Shown here: piece after piece, positions 37,900 through 49,892 of the stretch | Layout of the letters: each line of letters begins with the position of its first letter | Position numbering within the stretch: the first letter of the stretch is position 1 | DNA from: Callorhinchus milii | Lineage: Eukaryota | Direction of reading: 5' to 3' | Length of the DNA stretch: 64,000 bases | NCBI RefSeq assembly: GCF_018977255.1 | Contig: NW_024704743.1 | Span: forward strand, 42,348,001-42,412,000 | Program-made: the position numbers and the translations under genes | Notes under the pieces: generated by a model | The model's input: only the letters and a program-made list of their open reading frames with translations | What the model was told of the DNA's origin: nothing | Databases searched by the model: none

Positions 37900-38390
37900 A
37901 CAAGTCTGGTGAACTGACCTAGTGATCCAGGATACAGAGTCCATGGTGTGGAGCACAGCAGACAATTGTGGAAGAAATGGGCTTGATAGACAAATGAACT
38001 TGTTCCATACTTTCCTATGTTCTTGTGTTTTCAGTGGAGAAAAGAAAGATTTATTGGGGTCTTGATCCAAGGTTTTAAAATGCTGCAAGGCATCACTAAA
38101 GTAGATGTAAGTGGGTTATTTAACTTAAATTGTGATTGCAGAACTAGTGGACACGATTACAAAATTAACAAGCCGCAAGGACATTAAAGATTACAAGATT
38201 TTTAGCCTCACCGAGCAGTAGATATGTAAAAGGAATCCTCAGAAAAAGTATTAATGCTATGTTGATTTACTCCTTTAAAAAAGTCAGGTAATTATTTAGT
38301 TACGTACAGGATTAAAGGTTATAAAGATGGATGTAGACATAGATGATCCAATACTTTGTGAAACACAATGGGTCTTTCCTGCTTCTAGGT
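37900..38390 (+). mobile_element. Old CR1 3' fragment
   Basis: LIQGFKMLQG and RTSGHDYK remnants. Confidence 0.65.
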
Positions 38391-38617
38391 CTGTGGAAAT
38401 GTCATCTGTGGGAAGCAGCTCCCAGTCAATGTTGATCAATGTAGATTTTAATTTTAGACTGGCATCCTGCAGTTTTGCAAGGTTACCTTTTTGGCTCAGG
38501 GAGAAGTGTCGCAAGCTTTCTCTTTTTGAAAGTTTTATCCATAGTTAATCTTAGAACGATTAATAATTCGGGCAGATGAATGACTGCAAATCACACAATT
38601 TGTGAACGACGGCTTTG

Positions 38618-39010
38618 ATAATAATAATAATAATAATCCATGCATTTGATATCTTGCCTTATAAATTTTTTGAACATCACAGAGCTTCACAAGATTTATT
38701 TGAAGTGTACACACTGAGCATTTTGAATGAGACAGCCAATCTGAATACAATATATTTGTTGATAAGGATATCGGGAGAACCTCCCTTCTCTTTTTAAATA
38801 GTGCCTTGGTATCTTTAATGTCTCCCTGAACAGGTAGATGAGACCTTGGTTTAACATTTTACCTCAAGGACATCTTTGACAATGCAGTGCTTCCCACCAC
38901 TGCACTGAAGTATCAGCCATAACTATGAGCCCAAAATCCTGATATAGAGCTTGAACCCACAACCTTCTGATTCAGAGGTGAGGGTGCTAGGAAGTGAGCT
39001 AAGCTGACAT
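38618..39010 (-). mobile_element. Deu-SINE family B, near full length
   Basis: B-box GGGTTCAAG in head, Deu core, (ATT)n tail. Confidence 0.85.
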
Positions 39011-39139
39011 CTGATAGGGCAAATTACCATATCCCATTCTGTTCTATTTTATATTAATCCAAATATCTCATGTTTTCTTTTCTGGCTTTCAAATTATCGA
39101 TCAGAAGGTACACATACAAATCATTTTTCTCCCCATTCA

Positions 39140-39527
39140 GGAGTTTTGTTGCAGATTGCTCAGAGCACTCGCTTTGAAAGCGAGAGGACCTGGTTCAATT
39201 CTTGGGCAGAGCGAAACCTTAGACAAGTTTTCTTACTCTAAACACCTCTGTTCACCTAGCAGTAAGTAGGAACTCGGTTGCTGGTCGATTGGTGGATTGC
39301 TTTCCGGGAGTAATAATCCTTTCAAAAATATATAAATGAATAAAAAAAATGTGGTCACTCAATCCACCAATGTTTGTGGGACACTGCTGTGAGCAATTGG
39401 CTGCCACGTTTCCCCCACAAAATATACAGTCAATTCACTTGACAGTATATTTTGTGAAGCGTTTTCAGATATCTCAAAAACATGATAAGGCACTATATCA
39501 AATCCAAGGATTATTAATATTATTATT
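39140..39527 (+). mobile_element. SINE family A, full length
   Basis: Head, body and tail match family A. Confidence 0.92.
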
Positions 39528-41839
39528 TCTAATGGTGAGTACAGCAACAGTACTTGAGAACAGTATTGGCGCAAAGGATGAAGTCACTTGATGCAGTACA
39601 TTAGTGTATTTGTACACTCTACTGTGGAATCATTCTGGGATGTAGGATCCTCTGGGACATGCTTGCATACACTTTCAATTAGGTCAAAAGAAAGGTACAT
39701 ACTTAATTTGGAAAGACCCTTCACCAGTCAGCGGGAGGGAGTGGGAAGGGGGGCGGATGAATGGAATGCACAATTGGACAAGTCCTTCCATGCTGCTCAT
39801 GCACATCTCCTAGTGGTTAGTTAACAGCAGTATTGATAAGAGGACATGGAAAGGTGAATCTCAGTCTAGGAGCTGTGCTTGGGGAACCCCTGCAACAAGG
39901 GAATGTGACAAACAAAAACGTGATCTATCAATAAAGTAGAAAAACATTGATAAAAGCGTAGAAATAATTTGCAACATTCTCAGCTAAACTGATGCAGGCA
40001 ATCATAATTTACTTATATTTGGCATAAATACTGCCATTTTGCTGAAAGAACTACAAATGATGATGATTTTCTTCCCATGTTAACACATGTTAACAGAATG
40101 TATGAAAGTTCTTGGAAACCAAATTAGATTTAAAAGACTTGTTTTTTTTTATGGGCATTAACTTCCAAAATATCCAGGATGGATTCTAAAACATTAGCTG
40201 ATGGTGATACTTAGGTCAATTTTATGCCTGCCTGCACATATAGGCTAACATTCTTTAAATTCATTTTGCTTTATTACTTTTATTGAACTGAACTAAAACC
40301 CTGAAGCACTCCCTATTAGTCACAGCTTGTAGTGCATCACCATGCCTACTGATGTCTGCCACCCTTAGACAATTCACCCACCAGCTCCCGCACCTTCACT
40401 ACTTAACCCCTTGTGTGCTGGGAGTGAGTGGATCGGAGCCAGGTGATATTCCTGCTCAGAAGCAGGGTGGAATTTAGGAGCACAACACATTGGGGTCAAA
40501 CTTGCAGTATTCTGTGATAGGATTACATAACAAGGAATCGCAATAGAATTCCCCTTGACCTGCAGCAATTCTGGTCTGGAAATAGATCTGATGTAGAGAT
40601 CCTATTGCCTTATATTTAGAAAACTTGAACATGTGCATTAAAATTAAAATTATATACAAGATTTTACAGTGGTTGTTCTACTATTTTTGCATTTTTCAAA
40701 ATTATAATTTCTAAATGTTTACCAAAAAAAAGTATACAGTGATTGATTTAACTTTAGTGACCGACCGTATTAATAGCTGACAGATGTTATAAGTGGGAAG
40801 AAGCACTTAAATGATAATTGGAATCTTCAACAGAGAAAGGCTCACCAATCATTTGTTTCCTGTCTCTATTCTGGAATTGCTCTTAAACGTTTCAGTCCGT
40901 CTCCTAATAAGGCAATTTTCTCTTTCAGTTATGAGACGTGCTCATCGATATTGGTACAATAATGAGCTTCTTGAAAGCACTTTTAATGATTATTTTAATG
41001 AAAAAAGTTTCAAAAACCGGCAGCTAAAATCCAATGAAAAGTAATTGCAAAATGATGAGGAACATTGTCGATTGTTTTGAAGGAGAGTTTGACTATGAAT
41101 GCTTTCTTCATGCAGAAGAGCAGGATTTGTGATGATAGGGGTGGGTGGATATCCTCATTTGAATACTTTGAGCAGGTCACATATTTGTGGTTACAACTCA
41201 ATCTGTCACAATGTTTCATTAATTTTTTTATTAGTTTTGGAGCGAATAGGCATGAATAATTCCGTCCACACATTTTATGAAATAAATATAAAAGTTATTA
41301 ATTCCAGAGTTATTTGAGAAAAAAATTAAAGATTCAGACACTCCTGTCCAAATGTGTAGTTAGGCATTTTATTGCTTCTGTCCATTGTATTGTTTTCATC
41401 TTCTAGTGATAGTAAATCAATCTTGTGTTTTATGGCACTATACTGCTGGAAAGTGCAGGTGAATACGACAGTCTGTTTGCATACAGGATTGTCCACAAAC
41501 AGCCAAAAGGTGAATGACAACTTTATCTGAAGGATTTTGGTCAGGACACCGGAAAAAACAACACCACATTTGGTAGAACCACAAAATATTGCATCTGTTA
41601 GTACTATAACAGCCTCTATAGCACCAAATTAATAGCCACCGTTGCAGGTCACTGGAAGGGCAAAACAGATCAAGTCTTTGTTTTTAAATAATTAATTTAT
41701 TCCATTTTTTTTATTCTTTTGGTCTGTTGAGTGCTTGTTGTGTAAAGAGAATGCTCTAAGTATGGGTCTCCTTACCGTTTAGGGAAGATGAGTGATAGAG
41801 TTGTGTGAGTTTACGGTTAGGGATAACCTCTTGAAAGAA

Positions 41840-42172
41840 ATAAAGAACTTGCATTGCTATAGCACCTTATCATGTCGAACCATCTCAATATGATTCACAG
41901 ATAATTGTTGTCAAGTGCAGTGACTGTGTAGGCAAATACAACATCCAATTTGCACATAGCATCATAGTCCTACAAATAGCCATGAGGTGAATGATCAATT
42001 TGTCTGGAGGATTGATTTCAGCACTCCGAGACGCTACCCTGCGTGAAGGGCACTGTATAAATGAAAATTATTGTTGGCCTAGACATCAAGAGAAACTCCC
42101 TTCTCTTTTCAAATTGTATCTCCGGATCAGACAGGCAGACAAGACAATGGATTAACATCTCATCCAAAGAGC
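41840..42172 (-). mobile_element. Deu-SINE family B with a nested + strand L2 tail (about 42018-42076)
   Basis: Family B sequence split by CAGCACTCCGAGACG...GGCACTGTATAAATG. Confidence 0.72.
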
Positions 42173-42666
42173 ATAGTTTTGAATCAAAGAGAATTTACAG
42201 CAGTGAACGAGGCTGTTCGACCTATTGTGTCTGTGCTGGTGATAGCTCCACCACTCGTGCTGTTCCTCTAGACTGGGATTTGTTTCGACCTTTATAGTTA
42301 ATAACAATGTAGCTTTCCGAGGGCAAATTATGCATTTTGTCTAATGTGTGCCAGTGCAAATAGATATGATTTTATTCATCCTCCTTAGAAAAGGCTGAAA
42401 CACTCCTACACATTATAGTTCAGGACAGTTCTAGCTCCAAGGACTATGAATTTCTCTGCAGCTATGACTATGAGGGCTATGTACAAGAACCACTTGAACT
42501 TAGAAAATATGATGGCTGTGTGGAATCTGAAAAGCCTGCAGTCTAAATCATTGTTTGTACTTCAGAGGGTGTTCACTCCCAAAATTCATGAAGGGCAGGT
42601 TTTAAGAGTGTGTTTTCACCACACTTTCTGTCCTGGATAAAGCATTGCTTAATTAAGCGATGACAT

Positions 42667-42737
42667 TCAGCACCTTGGGATGTCCTCCCAACACGAAAGG
42701 CACTATATAAATGCAATTTGTTGTTATTGTTGTTGTC
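42667..42737 (+). mobile_element. Short L2 3' tail insertion
   Basis: L2 terminal motif followed by (TTG)n. Confidence 0.82.
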
Positions 42738-43494
42738 ATTAATTAAGGAATATAATGTGTTCAGGAGTATTGCAATACCCCACCCCCCACCACCCCCCAC
42801 TGCCCCAACTATACAGTTCAAAATGTTCCTCACTGGTACAATGAAAGAGTAATTATACAATAACACTGTGAGTGTGAGTGATTTATCCAACACTTTAGAT
42901 CTTATCATGCATGCATCCCAAGTGCAACCTGCACAACCTCGTTGCCTGTCGCAAAGTATATACTGGATTCCCACTGCACTGAACTGTGTGTACTGGAGCC
43001 CTATTTATCTTCGTTTTACAAAGAAATGGGTGACGTCTTCTCTGTGAAATCTCACATGAGTGAGTGGCTTTACAGTGTTTGCATAAGCTTGTAAGGGTCT
43101 TACTTTCTGAAGAGGTGTCATCCAGGTAAAGCAGAGTGTGAGTAGTGAGGAGTGAGAGGTGTCGAGGGGACAGGCAGAGCACAGGTTCTGTAAAGTGCAT
43201 CAATCGGTGTCAGGCGCTGTTTGCTGTACAGTGGTTCCCATCATTAGCACAGTCACAACATCAGGACACCTCTGCATTGTCTGGACTGTGTGTGTCTGAA
43301 AGTAAGGAGAAAGGAGGCTGCTGCTCTGTGCCTTTATCAAAGCAATTCAGATCCTCAGATCCTCCTGGATCTTATGCCTTGTATTTATTCCAGTCTCATC
43401 TCAAACAAGCAATTCCAGGTTCCATTCATACTGCATACTTTACTAAGATTGCATTCTCCTCTCATTCTCTTTCCCTCCCTTCACACAGTTCAAA

Positions 43495-43630
43495 CAGTTG
43501 AATTAGTCTGCCAGCGTTCACCATCCAGGCTCACACAAACAGAGTGGTGATTTGGGTGAGGGACAGCAGACAAATAACGTCCATTTAGCCCCACACCAGC
43601 ACAAATCGGTGATTTCAGGATGGGGATTAA
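43495..43630 (+). mobile_element. AmnSINE2-like ancient SINE fragment
   Basis: GTCTGCCAGCGTTCACCATCCAGGCTCACAC...TTTGGGTGAGG resembles the recalled AmnSINE2-type 3' region. Confidence 0.45.
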
Positions 43631-44329
43631 AAGTGGTTTGAGGGGCAACAAATATTGAACAAAAATGAACATGCCCCAATCTTACTGATCTTGAATCCCG
43701 TGTGAATCGTTGAATGCAAGTAAAGCGTAGAAAAATACAACATGCCATTTGCAGCAAACGTGAAAAGGGAAATGCTGCAATTCTATTGAACAGGAAAAAA
43801 TATTCAGAAATATTGTAGGAGACCATGCCCTTGGAGCCAGAGTGGGGTTTGGATGCCAAAGGCATGAAATGTCCTGGGAATACAGATGGGAAATGCTGGT
43901 GGCTCTGGGGTTTTAACGCTGCTTAAGTCCACAGGGGGTTAACTAGCAAAGAACTGATAGTGTGGAATTTCTCTGCAGCTAAATATTTATATGCCATCTG
44001 ATTGAAATAAGTAATTTGGTTAAAAAAAAAGTCTTTTGTGGTTGGATTCTATGAATACATTAGCTCTTTTAGTCAGGGATTTATTTCTATGAATAAAGAA
44101 ATGATGAATTCCCCAAATAATTGAATGATTTTACTTTCTTCCAATCTGAATGCAATTCCCTTTTTCGTTTCTTCCCATTACATGTTCGTCGAGGAATAGA
44201 GGGGAAGCACAGGCTGTGAGAATGGGCTGCAGAATACAACTGCTGTTGAAACTATCTATTTATGTCAATAATCTCCTGAATTCTGATGTTATTCAGTGTG
44301 TGTGAGAACCGAAAAACGACTTTATCTCT

Positions 44330-44622
44330 GCGATGATGATGATGTGTGTGTGTGTGTGTGTGTGTATGGTGGGTTGTGTGTGTGTGTGTGAGGGGGGGGG
44401 GGTATCTCATCTGAAAATGATTTATAATTTGTTGGTTGTTTGCACCTTTTTTCTATTATCACTGATGGTGAAAGAAAGCAGATTAGATGGGGTGTGCAAA
44501 AGAATGTGTGTGTGTGTGTGAGGGGGGGGGGGGGTGGGATGGTGTTGCTTAAGACTTCAAATGTAGAGAGGCCAATCCATCAGGGGGTGGGGAGGGGAGA
44601 GAGAGAGAGAGAGAGAGAGAGG
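44330..44622. repeat. (TG)n, poly-G and (GA)n microsatellite cluster
   Basis: Directly visible. Confidence 0.9.
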
Positions 44623-44850
44623 GCTCTTTGAACAAAAACCTCTTCACTATGCACTCCCACTGCATTCATTTGCAAATCCCTCAGCCTGAAAGAGACAGGA
44701 TTCCCACTCCTGCCCCAGTGCTCGCAGAGAGCAGTATCCCCCTCCCCATCCCGACACTCCTCTGCTTGAGGGGAGGTTTATTTTATTAATCAGAGCGCTG
44801 GATGGCCACCAATCGGGGAGTCTGACAGCCACAGATTTTTTTCCACCCCT
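44560..44850 (+). promoter_or_regulatory. Probable Pol II proximal promoter
   Basis: CCAAT at 44572 and 44809, TGACAG at 44823, ATTTGCAAAT at 44668, TTATTAATC at 44783; raised GC/CpG; upstream of a perfect donor. Confidence 0.55.
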
Positions 44851-45104
44851 CCAACCCCCCCCCCCCCCAGCCCCCCCCCCACCTCCCCCACCTCGGCTGC
44901 GGGTTCCTGCCTCTGAGAACCAAAAGAAAAAAAAAGAAGTGATGCTGCGAGCAGACGCCTGGAGTGGAGCAAAGTCAGTCTGGGAATCCGAACAGCCAAC
45001 ACAACTGCAGCAACGAGAGGCACAGGGACCACTTAGCGGTGTGGTACTTATCAGAGCCCTTCGCAGGAAGAAGTATCAGACTCCTAACAGGAGCTGGGGG
45101 TCAG
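44850..45104 (+). other. Probable first exon of an unidentified gene (start approximate)
   Basis: Ends at CAG|GTAAGT (GT at 45105); GC-richer; followed by CT and G-run repeats typical of intron 1. Confidence 0.55.
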
Positions 45105-45221
45105 GTAAGTCTCCCTCTTACCTTGTGCACTGATGACAAGAGAGCTTTTTTTTTTGTTCTGCACATTGGAAGCTTTGTCAAGAGATAAAAGATAACCCGA
45201 GGCATGTGTTATTTCTCTTGT

Positions 45222-45261
<40 letters not shown>

Positions 45262-45295
45262 TCTCTTTCTTTTTTCTCTCTTCTTCTTCTTTCTC
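45222..45295. repeat. (CT)n microsatellite
   Basis: Directly visible. Confidence 0.9.
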
Positions 45296-46504
45296 CATCG
45301 CTTGATTTTGCAGAAAGCTGTTCTCTGTGAGACCTGTCAGCGCTTGTGAATAAAATGCATTTTTTTCATAGGGAGGGAGGGAGGCAGGGAGGGGGGGAGG
45401 GAGGGGGGGATATATTTTTTTAAGAAAACCAACACATGCACCGCTTTGTGTACCCCAAGTCCTAAAAGGAGTGCTTTCTGTGGCAGCTCTCAGGCGTGTG
45501 TGGGACTTGTGCTGTGATGCACTTGTGCCGAAAGCAACATACAGAGGGAGGGATGGAGGTGGGGGGGGTGGGGAGGGTGGGGGTGGGGGGGGGTGAAGCT
45601 TTGCTGCAGTTTAACAGAACAAATTCCCACTAAAGTGGGCTGTTTGCGACGTGGAAGTCGAGCAGAAATGTTGACGGGCTGCAGTGAACTTTAGTCGTCG
45701 CTCTTTCGGTTGTGGTTTCAAACTGTGTGTGTCAGACTGAGAGCTCTGCAAACCCCCCCACACACCCACCCCACACCCACCCCAACAGTGCTGTGTGAAT
45801 TACGGTGTGGTGTGAAGGAGGGTTGTCAGCAAAGCAGAGTGTATAGCGTTGCAACCCGCAGTGGCCAAGTCACTGCCAGCTCTCGGGGATGGCTGCAGAC
45901 TGGAGGCTCACTCCCAATCTGTGGGCTCTGGGTGTCCAGTTGGTCCCCATTGCCTGCCTGGCAGCCAAGGTCAGTGCACTCTTATGTTGGTCACATCTCA
46001 GACCCCCAGCACTCCCCGCTGGGAAGTGCAACCTCACCCCAAAACCCCTCACCCAGTAACTGTTGCCTACCTGCAGCATAGCCTCAACCCCCTGCCACCG
46101 AGTGAGCTCAGTGCTGCTTCAGCATCAGTGATGGCCCCAGTGGCAATGCTATTGCTATCCCAGTCACAAAAACGCAGGGGTGCACTGTCTGTGGGGGTGC
46201 AAGGGGGCAAGGGTGGGGTGACCCCAGTGTCTGTCAGGGGTGGTGGCCCCTCGCTCACACGAGTTACTCCGGTTACTTTGTGGACCACTTGCCGATGGGT
46301 TGGAGTGAGGAGCATCTGCATCCTCCCTCCTTCACTCAAGTGGCTTCTGCATTGCTGCTGTGCTTGTGCTGTGAGTTAGCTCACAGCCTCGGGTGTGCTG
46401 TCAGGCACACAGCTCAGTGGGGTTTTAGTATGTTACTGGGGAGTAGCACGTAATACTGGTTGGAAATCTAATTGAATGTCAAACTGTTGCAAGTAGGGGC
46501 TGAA

Positions 46505-46549
46505 TGTGTGTGTGTGTGTGTGTGTATGTGTGTGAGTGTGTGTGTGTGT
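46505..46549. repeat. (TG)n microsatellite
   Basis: Directly visible. Confidence 0.9.
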
Positions 46550-48577
46550 CAGGGGGATGCTGAGGGTTTTACCAAGAAAACATTTCTTTGCATTTGCTGT
46601 TTACTTTTAACCCCTTTCAACAGTCTTGCCACACTGCAGTGCATCTGCAGGTTCTGGCCACCCTGTGGTATGTGGTAAATAGATTCCATTAAATGTTGTG
46701 AAAGACGAGACATTCCAGGACTGTCAGTAAAATTATGCTTTTTTTTTGCATTGAAGAAACAAATTGGGCAATTTTGAACACCCCACCTATTTATAAATAG
46801 GCACCTCTTTCAGTGCATTCTTCTTGAGAGAATGGTAGAGTGATGCCAGGCTCAGCATTGCTGTCTGCTGCTGCCAGAGCCCTTGTGCTGTAGCTCGAGT
46901 GCTGTGAATTCCAAGTGCTTTACTCAGGGCTGTGCATTCTGAGTGCTTTCTGTTCCTCGGTGAATTAAATGTCACCTTGTCTTCAGTACCCCATCCCTAA
47001 ATTGACCCACTGAGATGCATCGTTCTCCGCAAGAAAATGTTTGATGACCAAAAGGCTATCTAGGCTAGTTCCACTCAACCAATCTAATTCCATTAGGTCT
47101 TGGTCATGTTTGCAGGCTGCTGACAGATAATAACTGATGTTCCATACAGCAACAGTTCCTAATTTCACACTTAATGTGGTACCTGCAATAAAGCGCCACA
47201 GTCCGGGTCAGCTGGAAGAGAGTTACTAAATAAATTAAACATCATCTGTGAGTGTGAGCAAAGTGTAAGGGAAAAAATAGAGTGCAGCAATAGTTCCATG
47301 TAAATACTCACAGCAGCAGTTAACTGGTTCAGCTGTCTGTGACACAGGCTGTCTCAGTGCATCTAATAGCTAATGCAAATTCACTTCTGCCTCCTTAAAC
47401 CCTTTTTAGCCTTGCAGAACTATGCTGGCATTTTCACTCCACTTCCCAAAGTCTTAACAGAATTCCATTTTCTTTTCCCGCTTGTGTTACACTGTGTGAT
47501 GCACTGTGCATACTAAGCATTTATCCACTATCCATAGTAAACCTGATATCTTTATCAATAAAGTGACATTAATTGGAGGTTTCTTCAAGCATTACGGCTT
47601 CCAACTTTTGATACTTTAGACAGAGTATGATCCCGACTCTTGCTACAGTGCAGTGTTCATCCAAACAAACTGTTAACCCTTCTCTGTCTTGTCATTTTAG
47701 GAGTTCACAGCAGATGGTTGTTCACAGCTGCATAGCTCCTTTCAGTGGTTCAGATGAACCTGTCTGAACTGGTGCCAGTCTGTGCACACAATCTGAAAAG
47801 CAGGGTTTTATTATAGTTCTAAAGCGAAATGCAACAGATTAAATAAATCAGCATTGATTTACTCTGCAACAGCGGAACTCACATAACCTGAACAAGTGGC
47901 TCCTTTCTTGCCCATTGAGGCTGGTGTGATTGAAAGGCGTTGGGTGTGTGAGTTATAGAAGCTAAACTGCAGGTGCTGGGATCAGAGCTGAAATTACTGC
48001 CGCAAGATTGGGAGACGGAATGAAGCTTTCCAGGGAGATCTGAAGAATGTTCTCGTAACATCCGCACGACAGAAGTGAAAGATTTCAGAACTGAATCACT
48101 TTTGGTAGATATATTTATGTGCGCTTATATAAGAGAGAGATTCCTGTTCACCGATGATTTTTAAGAGCTTTTCAATGTGTGCTTGTCTTCGGTATTGTAA
48201 GGGAATTCTTTTAGGACATTTGACTCATTGCCTCGAGTCTTCCTGAAGTCTGCTTTTGGATTGAAATGAAAGCTCAGAAGCACTCAAATCAGTGAACTGA
48301 AACATCTTGGAAAGACAGGAATAAGGTGAACAACATACTTATCATGCACGGCATGTAGGTGTGTAATACGCGAGGAGGAGGCGCTTTGAATTTTGTATTT
48401 TTTTTGAAGTGCAGTGGGAAAGCTGGCACATCACTGAAAGGCTGAAAAGGTTCAGAGAAGATCGTAAGTGTTTACATTTGCTGTTGGACTGTCTAATTCA
48501 TAGATGAGCAAATGAGTTAAAATGCTGTGTGCTCAAATGATTTCTGTTTTCTGAATGCAACATTGGGAGATTCAAGA

Positions 48578-48602
<25 letters not shown>
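48578..48602. repeat. (TG)n microsatellite
   Basis: Directly visible. Confidence 0.9.
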
Positions 48603-48608
<6 letters not shown>

Positions 48609-49579
48609 AAAGTCTAGTGGTGTCTAAAATTTAAACATTTAATCAAGTTATTTTATGCAATTATAAATGTGAATGAGATATTAAAATTATAGTACCGCAA
48701 TGGCAGATTTTTCTCTTTCAAATACAATCCCTTCATTTTAGCCAGCGTTAGACTGCATGGGAAGAAACCACTGTTGTATTCATTTTTGTACAAGACTGTC
48801 TTTTGGTTTATTTACACTTTTCCATGCAATGAAATCATCAACGATTCTAGACGTGGGCTAAAATAGAATCCAAGTGATTCCTCGTCTTCTAATTTCACTT
48901 GTTCCAAAGGAGCAACCAACAAAGCGTTTCACAGCTTTCAGGTTACCTGCCTTGTGGTCGTCATACAAAGTGCTAATGTGCTGAACGTATGGTCTTCTGT
49001 GGCTGAGGATGCTTACGGGATTGAGAGCGCACCATAGAGTTTTGTGGAACATAACCGTATGTGCTCTAAGAACCATTAATATCCATGAACACAGCCACAA
49101 TTCCTGCTCCCCCTGATCGTAGAGCCTTTTGAAGGAAACCTCTGTGAAAAACATCCGAGTAGCAGAAGTAAAGTAAATAACTGGCCCCCAATTACAATAT
49201 GCTGCTTTGTACTGATGTTACTAGATCATTGCATTGCATTGCAATTGTGAGTGATTAAAATATTATTTTCCCTCAATGGTTAGCTAATGTGCAAATCTCC
49301 CACAGTCTGGCTCAACTGAACGTCGTCCTATCCAAGTATGAATCCTCCGTGGGTGCTGCTACATCCTCTGCAAGAGATGCCATTTCCTGAGCAGGGAGAT
49401 GTCATTTATATGAACAAACATGCACATAGCACTTCCTATTTAGTCCCTCATTTAGCCTCTGTGAAGAATCCTCTTGTAACGGCCTTCAGTTAGCAGGTGT
49501 GTTCAGCATAGACTGAGCTGCATGTCCCTACTTCTGGGACTGTTGTCACTGCTGGGCTGTGTTTGGCCAGAAGAAGATT

Positions 49580-49892
49580 TAATAATAATCCTTGCATTTG
49601 ATATAACGCCTTATCACGTCTTTGAGACATCTCATAGCGCTTCACAGAATATACTGTAAAGTGAATTGACTGTATATTTTGTGGGCGAAATGCGGCAGCC
49701 AATTGAGTACAGAAGTGTCCGCCAACAGTGGATTTAAGTCGTGGATTGAGTGACCAAATTATTTTTTTAAGGGATTTCCCCCCCCACCCGGAAAGCAAGC
49801 CGCCAATCCAATAACAACTGGCTTCCTACTTACTGATGAGTAAGAGTGTATGGAGTAACAAAAACTTGCCTCAGGTGTTGCCCTGCTCGAAT
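49580..49892 (-). mobile_element. SINE family A, head truncated
   Basis: Matches family A. Confidence 0.9.

Noticed and set aside
45710..46379. 123-176 aa ORFs in the GC-richer region
   Set aside because: No recognisable domain; overlapping ORFs on both strands are expected from GC content; splice signals near 46076 and 46370 are only moderate
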